Shown here in pieces: positions 37,538-47,234 of a stretch of DNA of 64,000 nucleotides. The stretch covers positions 1,143-65,142 of IMG/VR virus record IMGVR_UViG_3300049201_000035, one strand, 5' to 3'. The first letter of the stretch is position 1. Each line of letters starts with the position of its first letter. Under the pieces are notes generated by a model. The model ran no database searches and had not been told where the DNA came from. It saw nothing but the letters and a program-made list of their open reading frames with translations. The translations under genes were made by a program, and so were the position numbers. Source of the stretch: a virus.

Positions 37538-39015
37538 AAGTATTGCCAATTTTACTCTCCGACAGTTACAAACAATTTCACCAGAAAATGTACCCGAAGG
37601 GAATGGTTAAGCTGTATTCAAACGGGACTCCGCGCAGCTTCAAGCACATGAATACCGACAGTGCTGTATTTTTCGGGTTGCAGTATTATATCAAGGAATA
37701 TCTTATTAATCAGTGGAACGAACTGTTCTTCGACAAGGATATTGAGCCGATCCTATCTGAATACCGAAGGTTTCACAAGCATTTCAGCTTTGTCGATATC
37801 GAGACAACCCACATTGAGAAGTTGCACGCGCTCGGCTATTTGCCAATTTCAATAAAGGCCTTGCCCGAGGGGTCTAAAGTCAAAGAGAAAGTTCCTTTTT
37901 ACACTATTGTAAATACGCATCCGGATCATGCATGGCTGGTGAACTTCCTGGAAACGCAGATGTCAACCGTTATTTGGGACCTGTGCGTTAATGCCACCAT
38001 CGGGTATCAATACCGGTCCTTGCTTGATCAGTGGGCCATTAAAACCACAGGTTCAAAAGAATTTGTACAGTGGCAGGGGCATGACTTTTCAATGCGTGGC
38101 AGGAGTAGTGTTGAGTCTTCATTTAATCAGGCTGGTTGGCTTCTTTCGTTCACCGGAACCGACACCATCCCGGCAGTCCTGATGCTGGAAGAGTATTACA
38201 ATGCAAATATCGAAAAGGAGTTGGTTGGCAGCAGCGTGCCGGCGTCAGAACATTCTGTAATGACATCCTATGGTAAGGAGGAGGAAATTGATGCTTTCAG
38301 AAGGTTGCTCTCGCTTTTTCCCTCCGGCATATTATCCGTTGTTAGCGACAGCTTCGACCTATGGAAAGTTTGCACCGAATTTATGGTTGAGTTGAAAGAG
38401 GAAATATTAGCCCGAGATGGTAAGCTTGTAATCAGACCAGACTCAGGGGATCCGGTTGATATAATTTGCGGAACGATGTTCGCAACTGACTCGGATAGCA
38501 CACCAAGGCAAGAGGGAGTTATTGATCTTCTATGGGATGTCTTCGGCGGAACTGTAAATGATCAAGGATATAAAGTTCTCGATCCTCACATAGGAGCAAT
38601 TTACGGGGATAGCATTGATCTGAAACGGGCCGACACGATATGTGAACGACTTTCTCAAAAGGGATTCGCATCAACCAACATTGTTTTCGGGGTAGGAAGC
38701 TACACCTTCAACTACAACACCAGGGATTCTATTGGATTTGCGGTGAAGTCCACCTACTGTGAGGTTCTGGAAGATGGATCATCTGAGCCGGTCGCCCGGG
38801 AAATATTCAAGGACCCAATCACGGACAGTGGGATTAAAAAATCAGCAAAGGGTATGCTTGCTGTATTCAAAGATGATAAGGGCGATTTTTTCCTGAACGA
38901 TCAATGTACGTACGAAATGGAGTCATCAGGGGAATTGGTTCCTGTTTTTTCTGACGGATTCCTCTTGGTTGATCAGTCGCTGTCTGAAATACGGGCAAGG
39001 TTAGCATCCAACTAA
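37534..39015 (+). CDS. Nicotinamide phosphoribosyltransferase-like (Nampt/Namat)
   Basis: SDSYK, HDFSMRG, PASEHS, VVSDSFD, RPDSGDP, YGDSI. Confidence 0.93.
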   Translation: MKVLPILLSDSYKQFHQKMYPKGMVKLYSNGTPRSFKHMNTDSAVFFGLQYYIKEYLINQWNELFFDKDIEPILSEYRRFHKHFSFVDIETTHIEKLHALGYLPISIKALPEGSKVKEKVPFYTIVNTHPDHAWLVNFLETQMSTVIWDLCVNATIGYQYRSLLDQWAIKTTGSKEFVQWQGHDFSMRGRSSVESSFNQAGWLLSFTGTDTIPAVLMLEEYYNANIEKELVGSSVPASEHSVMTSYGKEEEIDAFRRLLSLFPSGILSVVSDSFDLWKVCTEFMVELKEEILARDGKLVIRPDSGDPVDIICGTMFATDSDSTPRQEGVIDLLWDVFGGTVNDQGYKVLDPHIGAIYGDSIDLKRADTICERLSQKGFASTNIVFGVGSYTFNYNTRDSIGFAVKSTYCEVLEDGSSEPVAREIFKDPITDSGIKKSAKGMLAVFKDDKGDFFLNDQCTYEMESSGELVPVFSDGFLLVDQSLSEIRARLASN

Positions 39016-39042
39016 TTAATAAGCTTCAATAAACCAAATCCA

Positions 39043-39405
39043 ATGACAATCTCAGGAACAATAATAAGCATCCTGCCAATGCAGGAAGGGGAAAAACGAA
39101 ACGGCGAAAAGTGGTTCAAGCAGGAGTACATCCTGGAAGTTCCCGGCCAGTACCCGAAAAAGGTGTGCTTCTCGCTTTGGGGTGATAAGATCGGTGAATG
39201 CAGCCTGCGTGAGAACGATAAGGTGACCGCGCATATCGATGTGGAGTCGCGGGAATATAACAGTCGCTGGTATACCGAAATAAAAGCGTGGAAAGTGGAG
39301 AAGGAGGGGAATGCGTCTCCGTCTCAGGGTAACCAGCAGCGGGCGAGTGATCCGGTACCGGCGGGGATGGAGAGTAATGATGATGGGTCAGATTTACCTT
39401 TTTAA
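39043..39405 (+). CDS. ssDNA-binding protein (DUF3127-like)
   Basis: FSLWGDK..SREYNSRWYT..AWK, C-terminal DLPF. Confidence 0.88.
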   Translation: MTISGTIISILPMQEGEKRNGEKWFKQEYILEVPGQYPKKVCFSLWGDKIGECSLRENDKVTAHIDVESREYNSRWYTEIKAWKVEKEGNASPSQGNQQRASDPVPAGMESNDDGSDLPF

Positions 39406-39419
39406 AACCAACAAAAAAC

Positions 39420-40196
39420 ATGGGAAGGACTTTAAAACGAGTGCCATTGGACTTCAAGTGGCCGATCGGCCAGGTTTGGAAGGGGTATATATGCCCATAT
39501 CGCAGTCAGGAATGTAAATCATGCGGCGGGTCTGGGTTGAATCCCGAGACTAAGAGATTGAGCGACGAATGGTATTCATTGGACAGGGTTAAATGGGTAT
39601 TTGTTTCTCCAAACAAGCGCTACAATGATCTTGCGTGGGTGAATCACATTACAGATATCGAAGTTGATGCATTGATGAAGTCTGGGAGAATTGGATGCGT
39701 TTCCGGATTCAATGGGTATTATGACGAAGAGCGTTCTGTGTGGGTAAAATGGGTTGATGGGCAAAGGATAGATTGCGAAAAGCCTTCTTATCCAACCTCG
39801 GAAATGGTTAACAATTGGCAGAGGAATGGCGGAATGGGTCACGATGGAATTAACCAGTGGATATGCGTGAAGACCCGAGCGAATCATCTAGGGGTGTATG
39901 GCAAATGCGAGTATTGTGAAGATGGAGAAATATGGCACAGTGAAGATATCAAGGCTATGTCCGAGTCGTGGCAACCATTTGAGCCGCCATTAGGCGATGG
40001 TTTTCAGATGTGGGAAACAACCAGCGAAGGCAGCCCTAAATCTCCCGTATTCGCTACCATAGAGGAACTATGCGAATGGCTGGATGTTAATAAAGCTTCT
40101 GTTTTTGGATCAAACACTGCTTCAAAAGAGGATTGGATCAGACTGCTTTCCGATGACTTAGTAGCCTATCAATCCGGTAATTCTATTTTTATTTAA
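39420..40196 (+). CDS. Phage hypothetical protein
   Basis: RVPLDFKWP, CKSCGGSG, FQMWETTSEGSP.SPVF. Confidence 0.65.
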   Translation: MGRTLKRVPLDFKWPIGQVWKGYICPYRSQECKSCGGSGLNPETKRLSDEWYSLDRVKWVFVSPNKRYNDLAWVNHITDIEVDALMKSGRIGCVSGFNGYYDEERSVWVKWVDGQRIDCEKPSYPTSEMVNNWQRNGGMGHDGINQWICVKTRANHLGVYGKCEYCEDGEIWHSEDIKAMSESWQPFEPPLGDGFQMWETTSEGSPKSPVFATIEELCEWLDVNKASVFGSNTASKEDWIRLLSDDLVAYQSGNSIFI

Positions 40197-40201
40197 CGAT
40201 T

Positions 40202-40260
40202 GGGTTAGGAATAGTCATGCCGCCAGACATAAGCACTCGCATCTGGCCCCGGAATCCGGG
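40202..40260 (+). ncRNA. Repeated RNA motif copy B
   Basis: ATAGTCATGCC-stem CCAGA/TCTGG-CCCCGGA. Confidence 0.5.
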
Positions 40261-40358
40261 TTTATACACGTAATTATTTCGATTTAGTTTTCAGCGCCGC
40301 CAGAACGCTATTGTGGCTCCGCGGTTGCGGAAGTGCTTCACCTTTAATAATCAGATCG

Positions 40359-41918
40359 ATGTTTGATCCAGAATTTTACCCTTGCTCGAAAGCGGCTTGG
40401 GATGCTATGAATGTGGATTGCTATGGGAAGAGGGTGCTTGACCCATCGGCCGGCAAAGGCGACATTCTAAAATATGCATTGCAGTCTGGCGCCCATTCAG
40501 CAGAAGGGATTGAAAAGGATGTCGAATTGCGACGACTTCTTTCTACGAAATATCCCGTTATTGGTCAAGATTGGTTTGATGCAAAATCGGAAGATATAAG
40601 CCACGTGCAACTCATACTCATAAATCCTCCCTACTCGAATGCAGACCAACATATTTTACATGCGTGGAATATTGCGCCGGAAGGATGCGAGATAGTATCC
40701 CAATGCAATGCAGAAACAATCAATAACCCATACAGCCAAAAGCGAAAAGAACTTAAGTCTCTGATTGCTAATTATGGAAGCGTCGATAATTTCGATGGAG
40801 CATATAAGGTCGCTGAGCGGTCAACCGATGTAAGTATTTCAGTCATTAGACTTTTCAAGCCAGTTTCGGCAACGAGTGATGCATTTGAAGGATTTTATTA
40901 TGATATGCCCGAATTGAATGATGTATCTGGAGTTGTCCGGTATAATGAGATCCAGGCGCTTGTTAATAGCTACACCGGAGCAGTTCGCTGTTTTGATCGA
41001 TTTGCTGACGTCGGACATGAGCTGAATAACATCTGCAAGTCTGTCGGATTTGGAACCCATGGTGGATTCAACTACAAGGTTTCCTCCGTGGATGTAGATG
41101 ATCGAGGACATGATAAAGGTGAGATAGTGGACAAGGCCACATTTGCTAGGGCATTGCAGAAGAAATGCTGGAAGATCGTTTTTGCAAAATTTGACCTTGA
41201 AAAGTACCTCACCAGGGGCGTTATGTCAAAGGTTAATGAATTTGTGGAAAGCAGATTGAACTATCCATTCACCATGAAAAACATCTTTCGAATGGTGGAG
41301 ACTATCGTCGGAACCTCAGGCGAAAATATGGAGAGAGCTATTGTCGAAGCGGTGGACAATTTTACAATGTATACTGATGACAATAAGTATAATCTGGAAG
41401 GCTGGAAGACCAACGCTGGCAATCTTTTGAATACAAAATTCATAACGCCTTATATCTGTGAGTACCAATACGCATGGGAGGGTAATAATGGGGTAAAAAT
41501 CAATACCCACCAAGGTAAGTTTGCGCAAATTACTGACCTGGTGAAAGCGCTTTGCTTTCTTACCGGCAAGGATTATAATAGAATGCCTCCAATCGGAGAC
41601 TCATCCTTGTCAAAGGATCTTCAAGCAGAACTGCTTGCCATTAGAGAGAAGGAGGAGGAAAAAACTGGGAAATACAACCGGCTTACGATCGGGTACCCAT
41701 CACCCTCTGGTTACGGTTATTTCAAGCCAAATACATGGTATGAGTGGGGATTCTTCCGATTCAAGGTGTATAAAAAAGGAACTGGTCATTTTGAATTCCT
41801 GGATGAGAATGTATGGGCCAAGCTAAATCAGGCGTATGGGAAAGCAAAAGGCAGCCCACTCCCGGAGACGATCAAGAAGCGCAAAGATAATCGCACGAGC
41901 GATAAACAAGCTGCATAA
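40359..41918 (+). CDS. Amino-type DNA methyltransferase with DUF4942-like C-terminus
   Basis: VLDPSAGKG, INPPY; C-terminal EWGFFRFKVYKKGTGH. Confidence 0.8.
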   Translation: MFDPEFYPCSKAAWDAMNVDCYGKRVLDPSAGKGDILKYALQSGAHSAEGIEKDVELRRLLSTKYPVIGQDWFDAKSEDISHVQLILINPPYSNADQHILHAWNIAPEGCEIVSQCNAETINNPYSQKRKELKSLIANYGSVDNFDGAYKVAERSTDVSISVIRLFKPVSATSDAFEGFYYDMPELNDVSGVVRYNEIQALVNSYTGAVRCFDRFADVGHELNNICKSVGFGTHGGFNYKVSSVDVDDRGHDKGEIVDKATFARALQKKCWKIVFAKFDLEKYLTRGVMSKVNEFVESRLNYPFTMKNIFRMVETIVGTSGENMERAIVEAVDNFTMYTDDNKYNLEGWKTNAGNLLNTKFITPYICEYQYAWEGNNGVKINTHQGKFAQITDLVKALCFLTGKDYNRMPPIGDSSLSKDLQAELLAIREKEEEKTGKYNRLTIGYPSPSGYGYFKPNTWYEWGFFRFKVYKKGTGHFEFLDENVWAKLNQAYGKAKGSPLPETIKKRKDNRTSDKQAA

Positions 41919-41927
41919 GCCACAATG

Positions 41928-42023
41928 CTTATTTGACGGTTATTTGATAATTCCATCAATTTTATCTTAAAAACCCATCAGTCAATCACTCATCACGTAT
42001 TTCTTATTTGATGGTCATTTGAT
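41928..42023. repeat. 21-bp imperfect direct repeat x2
   Basis: CTTATTTGAYGGTYATTTGAT at 41928 and 42003. Confidence 0.75.
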
Positions 42024-42051
42024 GTAGTATCCAAACAAATCAACTTACCCC

Positions 42052-42438
42052 ATGAAAAAGCTATTCCTTTCCATCGCCTTCGCCGGCGCATCGATGGTAG
42101 TCCACTCGCAACAATACCGTCATCTCACAGAGGCCGAAAAAGAAAAGGAACTGCGTGTGTTTTATCAGCATAGGAAGCTGACGATCAAATATTACGAAAT
42201 GTTAATGGCGCTGCCCTATGAACACAGAATTCATATCCTGACAGGCCTGCTTGAAGATAACCATGCCTACGTTCTGAAAACGCGGCAGAACACCTGGTCT
42301 TTCAAAGAGCAGATTGACTGGCAAACCAGCTATTTGCCGGAGTACTTCAAGGGTATACCGAACATCATTATCGACCCGCACCATACTTTTAGTGATGGCA
42401 AGCTGGTTGAAAGGCGCACGATGATCAGCGTTAAGTAA
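42052..42438 (+). CDS. Exported hypothetical protein
   Basis: Signal peptide MKKLFLSIAFAGASMVVHSQ. Confidence 0.6.
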   Translation: MKKLFLSIAFAGASMVVHSQQYRHLTEAEKEKELRVFYQHRKLTIKYYEMLMALPYEHRIHILTGLLEDNHAYVLKTRQNTWSFKEQIDWQTSYLPEYFKGIPNIIIDPHHTFSDGKLVERRTMISVK

Positions 42439-42468
42439 TTCAATTTCACTTTTTAAACAATCAAAACC

Positions 42469-42936
42469 ATGGCCACTTGGCACCAAGCGAAGATCCGCTA
42501 TCAGAAGGAAGATGAAGCGGGAACTTTAAAGACAGTCAATGAGGTGTACCTTTTTGATTCGGTCAGTTTCACAGAGGCTGAGGCCCAGGCGTATAAACGA
42601 ATCGTAACCGGCGCCAGCGACTTCTCAGTCACCAGTATTACAAGAATGCGCCTGGCGGACCTGTTCATGTATGACGAAGGGGAGCAGTTCTTCAAAGCGA
42701 AGGTTGTTTACTTCTCAGTTGATGAGAAATCCGGTCACGAAAAGAGAATCGTCAATCAAATGCTCGTTAACGCCGACAGTACCGGCCAAGCGCTCGACAG
42801 GATCAACGAAAGCATGAGAAACTTCCTGATGCCTTACACGATCGAATCGGTCGCCTTAACGCCTATTTTGGATGTATATCCATATATAAACGAAGGGGAT
42901 GTTGAAATACCGGCAAATTTGAAAAAAATCGAATAA
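42469..42936 (+). CDS. DUF4494-like protein
   Basis: W..KIRY.K..YLFDSVSFTEAE, FFKAKV..DEKSG.EK. Confidence 0.8.
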   Translation: MATWHQAKIRYQKEDEAGTLKTVNEVYLFDSVSFTEAEAQAYKRIVTGASDFSVTSITRMRLADLFMYDEGEQFFKAKVVYFSVDEKSGHEKRIVNQMLVNADSTGQALDRINESMRNFLMPYTIESVALTPILDVYPYINEGDVEIPANLKKIE

Positions 42937-42986
42937 AAATTGTAAAAAAATAATTAAAAGCATTGTTTATTTAAAGTACTTTTAAT

Positions 42987-42994
42987 TACATTTG
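42987..42994 (+). promoter_or_regulatory. Internal -7 element TACATTTG
   Basis: Matches TAnnTTTG; ATTG 21 nt upstream. Confidence 0.55.
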
Positions 42995-43045
42995 TTTAAG
43001 TTTGACGGGTGGCTCCCTGATAACATTTCCGAACGGAGATATTCA

Positions 43046-43126
43046 ATCCCTGAAAGGGGCAGTTAGTGTGTTCGTTCGGCACACGACGGGTTTAGCCACC
43101 CCTGCCGCTTTTGGGGATATTTTTTT
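43046..43126 (+). terminator. Long leader terminator (attenuator candidate)
   Basis: 43046-43062 pairs with 43102-43118 (16/17 incl. GU), then T7. Confidence 0.55.
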
Positions 43127-43151
43127 ATGCTTACCATTTAACCCATTTTCT

Positions 43152-43409
43152 ATGTGTTCGATCAAAATCCCTCCCGGAAAAATTGTCCAGGTAATCACAA
43201 AAGGAAGTAAGACACGAAAAGACGTCGCGCCATCGCTTGAATTCAGAGGAAGGCTGCACAACGTTACCGACCAGTTCATCGAACTGACCTATGCCGGAGA
43301 AAAAGCGATCATGAGCAACCGAGGAAGGGTCACCGGATACGAGCGAGGCGAGAAGGTTCAGCGGATTTACTCGACTACTATTGAGTCGGTGGTGGCTGTT
43401 GGGAGGTAA
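43152..43409 (+). CDS. Hypothetical protein (Sm/LSm-like possible)
   Basis: Start at ATG 43152; FRGRLHNVTDQFIEL. Confidence 0.5.
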   Translation: MCSIKIPPGKIVQVITKGSKTRKDVAPSLEFRGRLHNVTDQFIELTYAGEKAIMSNRGRVTGYERGEKVQRIYSTTIESVVAVGR

Positions 43410-43450
43410 TTTTTAGGTTGCGTATATGCATAATGGTTAGTTAGTATTCT

Positions 43451-44050
43451 ATGCGTACATTATCTGCAAAAGGGATATACTTCCCACACTATTCGGACAT
43501 GCGTAGCAACCGAAAAGTTAAAGTCCTTCGATTTAAGTTTGGAAGTGGTGTTGGTTACTCGTTCTGCTGCCTGTTGATGGAGTTGATTGCAAAATCAAAA
43601 CATCGGGAATGGGAATATTCTCACATCGATGAGTTGATATTAGAAACTGGGTTGGATGCTTGTATGATAGGTAGCCTCATTAAAAATGCCAAGTACATGC
43701 AGATGTTCCAGAACAGAAATGATGGTATTTACTACATTGACGAATCAGAGAAGGGAATAAGCAGAAATATTAGGCTTTGTAGGTTTACCTCGTTCAGGAA
43801 GCGGCTTTCGGAAACTTCTCCAACATCGTGGAAGGAGATCAAAAATAAGGCATTTAAACGGGATAACTTCACTTGTGTTTATTGCGGAAAGGTCGGTGGA
43901 TTACTAGAAGGAGATCACGCTATTCCTGTATCCCGAGGTGGGGATGACAATTTAAATAACATCGTCACTGCTTGCCGAACCTGCAACAGGCAGAAGCGAA
44001 ACAAGCAAGTTGAAGAATTTTTAGCATGGAAAGGGCGGTCGAATGGCTAG
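43451..44050 (+). CDS. DUF4373-like N-domain fused to HNH endonuclease
   Basis: YFPHYSDMRSNRK; RDNFTCVYCG..DHAIPVSRGG..NIVTACRTCN. Confidence 0.8.
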   Translation: MRTLSAKGIYFPHYSDMRSNRKVKVLRFKFGSGVGYSFCCLLMELIAKSKHREWEYSHIDELILETGLDACMIGSLIKNAKYMQMFQNRNDGIYYIDESEKGISRNIRLCRFTSFRKRLSETSPTSWKEIKNKAFKRDNFTCVYCGKVGGLLEGDHAIPVSRGGDDNLNNIVTACRTCNRQKRNKQVEEFLAWKGRSNG

Positions 44051-44975
44051 GCCCGCAAAAGCTGGATTAGAATACTTTCCTTTTGACGTGGATTTTTTCG
44101 AAGATCCGAAACTAGATGCAATTGGTGGCGAATTCGGCCTAAAAGGAGAAATAGCAACAGTAAAGCTGCTATGCGCGGTATACAAGAATGGATACTTCGT
44201 TGTGTGGAACGATCTGTTGAAGATGCAACTCTTAAAAAGGCTACCAGGCGTGAGTGGCGAATTACTTGAACAAATTGTAAACCGCTTGGTTTTATGGGGA
44301 TTCTTTGAAAAGTCCCTCTTCAACTCGGATAAGGTTCTAACAAGTAACGGTATTCAGAAACGGTATTTCGAAGCCACTAAAAGGCGAATGTCGGCGAAAG
44401 AAAATGTTTATGTTATCAATAATGAAGTTAATGCTGACATAAACCCACTGGCAAGTGGTATTAATGCTGACAAAAACCCCCTAAAGGAAAGTAAAGTAAA
44501 GGAAGAAAAAACATCTACTAACGTAGATGCAAAAAAGGCGACTACGGCGGCTGATTTAGATGATGTTCCTGATTTTATAAAAGAAAACAGGCAAAAAGTG
44601 CTCGATGAGCAAAAAACAGAATCAAATCAAACCAAGGCTTCGCTACCGAATCGAATGCCTCCCCCGACGCTTGATGAATTAGGAGAAGTGTTGATCGTAG
44701 ATCGGGAAATGCGAGAGTGTTTGGATAGAAAATATCAGATCACTGGGCCAGATTACGAAAGGTGCGTTTTTGACTTCATTTTGGAAAAAAAAGCAGATCA
44801 CCATTCCCCGGCTAGCGAGTCAGATGGAAGGAGTCATTTTCGGAAATGGGCGAAATATTGGCCCGAAAACCAAAAACAGTCTCAGCCAGCCCAAGGCAAA
44901 ATAGAAAAATCTTACAACGTGACATCCAAAGCCGGAGCAGCGCTCAGAGAGTTAAAACAGGCAAATTACCACTGA
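44043..44975 (+). CDS. Replication initiator (DUF4373-like)
   Basis: GLEYFPFDVDFF..KLLCAVYKNG..LTSNGIQKRY. Confidence 0.8.
   Translation: MARPAKAGLEYFPFDVDFFEDPKLDAIGGEFGLKGEIATVKLLCAVYKNGYFVVWNDLLKMQLLKRLPGVSGELLEQIVNRLVLWGFFEKSLFNSDKVLTSNGIQKRYFEATKRRMSAKENVYVINNEVNADINPLASGINADKNPLKESKVKEEKTSTNVDAKKATTAADLDDVPDFIKENRQKVLDEQKTESNQTKASLPNRMPPPTLDELGEVLIVDREMRECLDRKYQITGPDYERCVFDFILEKKADHHSPASESDGRSHFRKWAKYWPENQKQSQPAQGKIEKSYNVTSKAGAALRELKQANYH
44428..44479. repeat. Iteron-like repeats, putative origin
   Basis: TTAATGCTGACAWAAACCC x2 (33-bp period) with CCACT-ggca-AGTGG between, inside initiator gene. Confidence 0.55.
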
Positions 44976-44976
44976 A

Positions 44977-45744
44977 ATGCAGATTATATCAACAAGAAAC
45001 AGCCAATCAGCACTGGCGCCAGTTATCGAAGAGAGGTTTACATCCGAAGAGCTGAGCGCATTGCATCTATCCACTCCGACAGATATTAATCCCAAAGTTC
45101 GAGAAACCGACACAATCGGGCTGGCAGAGATGATAAGCATGACGGTGAATTCGAGAATGGGTTGGCAGCCACGAAGCGAGAAGGATGAAATGGCGTTCTT
45201 GGCGATGATCGAAAGGGACATTCAGAAATTCCCAAACCTCACCCAAAACGAAGTCCTGCACATCCTGAACCTGGGATTGGACGGGGAATTCACAGAAGGC
45301 CGCGTTTTCTTTAACTCATCGGAGTTTGTCAGGTGGATGAAAAAGTACATCGAGACGAAGAGAGTTCCAGCTTTGAAGAAAAAGGGGCAATTGGACCATC
45401 AGATCAAAGACGAGCCTATTTCGGCGACTCACCAAGAAAGACTGAAAAGCGCATCTGACATTGCCAACGGATATGCTGACTCAAAACGCGAAGATCCAGA
45501 ATTCGAAGCATTCGCTTGCTCAGGTCTTTACCAGAACCTTGAATTCCTGGGGATTTACTCGATGACTGAAGAGCAGAAAATGAGGGTGTATCACCAGGTA
45601 TTAAATGAGAATCCTAAAAAATCGGATGACGAGATACGGATTAAATGCCAGGTAAAAGCCTACAACGAATTCATTTCCATGCTTGTGGAGTCTGATTCGA
45701 AACTGACCGATACCGGTAAACTTGAAAGACTTACGAAGCCATGA
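44977..45744 (+). CDS. Hypothetical replication-module protein
   Basis: 255 aa between initiator and DnaB. Confidence 0.6.
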   Translation: MQIISTRNSQSALAPVIEERFTSEELSALHLSTPTDINPKVRETDTIGLAEMISMTVNSRMGWQPRSEKDEMAFLAMIERDIQKFPNLTQNEVLHILNLGLDGEFTEGRVFFNSSEFVRWMKKYIETKRVPALKKKGQLDHQIKDEPISATHQERLKSASDIANGYADSKREDPEFEAFACSGLYQNLEFLGIYSMTEEQKMRVYHQVLNENPKKSDDEIRIKCQVKAYNEFISMLVESDSKLTDTGKLERLTKP

Positions 45745-47234
45745 GCAACTCTGCAAAATTTAAATCCAGTAACACGGCTCGGGCTTACGGTCAGGATTAT
45801 GGAAAACTTCCACCACAGTCTATCGAGACAGAAGAGGCGGTACTAGGAGCCATCATTATTGAAAAGGACGCTCTAACAGACGTAATTGACATCCTGCGTC
45901 CGGAAAGTTTTTACAAAGAAGCTCACGTGAGGATTTATACAGCGATATTGTCACTTTTCGCTGAATCGGAGCCTATTGATATAATTACGGTGACCTCGAA
46001 GCTTAGGAGCACAGGAGAATTAGAGGTCATAGGAGGGATCCAATATATTATGGAGCTCACCAGTAAAGTGAATTCCGGAGCCCACATCGAATACCACGCC
46101 AGGATAGTCGTTCAATCATCGATCAAGCGAGAATTAATCCGAATAGGATCAGAAGTGCAGCGCGAAGCTTACGAAGACACCGTGGATGTGTTCAGTCTAC
46201 TTGACAAAACAGAGTCCGCCTTCTTCGCGCTGACCGAAAAGAGCATTCGCAAGAGCTACGCCGACATGAATTCCATCATGAAGCAAACGCTGAGCGAGCT
46301 CGATATGAAGAAAAACCATAAGGATGGGCTGACCGGCGTTGCGTCTGGATTTACTGATCTGGACCGGCTTACATCGGGTTGGCAGAAGTCAGAATTGACG
46401 ATACTTGCGGCTCGGCCGGCGATGGGAAAAACGGCCTTTGTGGTCTCCTCGCTGCGAAATGCAGCCGTTGAGTTCGATACGCCGGTCGCAATTTTCTCCC
46501 TTGAAATGTCTTCGGTTCAATTGGTCAACAGGTTGATATCTGCCGAAGCGGAGATCGATAGCGAAAAGATCAGAAAGGGAACATTATCGCAGGACGAGTG
46601 GGATCATCTTCACCAGCGTATTCAAAGGCTCACCCGGGCACCGATTTATATCGATGACACCCCGGCGCTTTCAATTCTTGAATTACGGGCTAAGTGCAGG
46701 CGGTTGAAGGCTCAGCATAACATTCAAATGATCGTCATTGATTATTTGCAGCTGATGACCGGCGATACCGGTGGAAAAGGGGCTGGCAACCGGGAGCAGG
46801 AGATTGCAATGATATCTCGATCACTTAAAAACTTAGCCAAGGAGCTCGATGTACCAGTGATCGCTTTGTCACAGCTGAGCCGGGCGGTCGAGACTAGGGG
46901 AGGGGAGAAAAGGCCAATGCTTTCAGACCTTCGAGAGTCGGGATCAATCGAGCAGGACGCGGATATGGTTATTTTCCTTTACCGGCCCGAGTACTACGGA
47001 ATACTCGAAGACGAGTCTGGAAACTCAGTAGCTGGAACAGGAGAGGTGATTGTTGCGAAGAACAGATCTGGTTCGCTTGATACGATCAGATTGAAGTTTG
47101 TCGGTAAATACACCAAGTTCTGCGATCTGAATGGAGGTCCGGTTAGGTATCCGGATCCAACTCCACGCGACCAGGTCATGCATGATTTTAACAGAAACAC
47201 GGCGCTCGACCGCGCAGGAAATCCCCCCTTCTAA
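45741..47234 (+). CDS. dnaB: Replicative DNA helicase DnaB
   Basis: ARPAMGKT, FSLEM, IDYLQL, LSQLSR, LRESGSIEQDAD. Confidence 0.97.
   Translation: MSNSAKFKSSNTARAYGQDYGKLPPQSIETEEAVLGAIIIEKDALTDVIDILRPESFYKEAHVRIYTAILSLFAESEPIDIITVTSKLRSTGELEVIGGIQYIMELTSKVNSGAHIEYHARIVVQSSIKRELIRIGSEVQREAYEDTVDVFSLLDKTESAFFALTEKSIRKSYADMNSIMKQTLSELDMKKNHKDGLTGVASGFTDLDRLTSGWQKSELTILAARPAMGKTAFVVSSLRNAAVEFDTPVAIFSLEMSSVQLVNRLISAEAEIDSEKIRKGTLSQDEWDHLHQRIQRLTRAPIYIDDTPALSILELRAKCRRLKAQHNIQMIVIDYLQLMTGDTGGKGAGNREQEIAMISRSLKNLAKELDVPVIALSQLSRAVETRGGEKRPMLSDLRESGSIEQDADMVIFLYRPEYYGILEDESGNSVAGTGEVIVAKNRSGSLDTIRLKFVGKYTKFCDLNGGPVRYPDPTPRDQVMHDFNRNTALDRAGNPPF

Noticed and set aside
41928-42023. CRISPR mini-array
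   Set aside because: Two imperfect 21-bp units, 54-nt spacer, no palindrome or cas genes; kept only as a repeat
43002-43151. TTG-start extension of ORF 43002..43409
   Set aside because: Coincides with the promoter-proximal structured leader; ATG 43152 preferred
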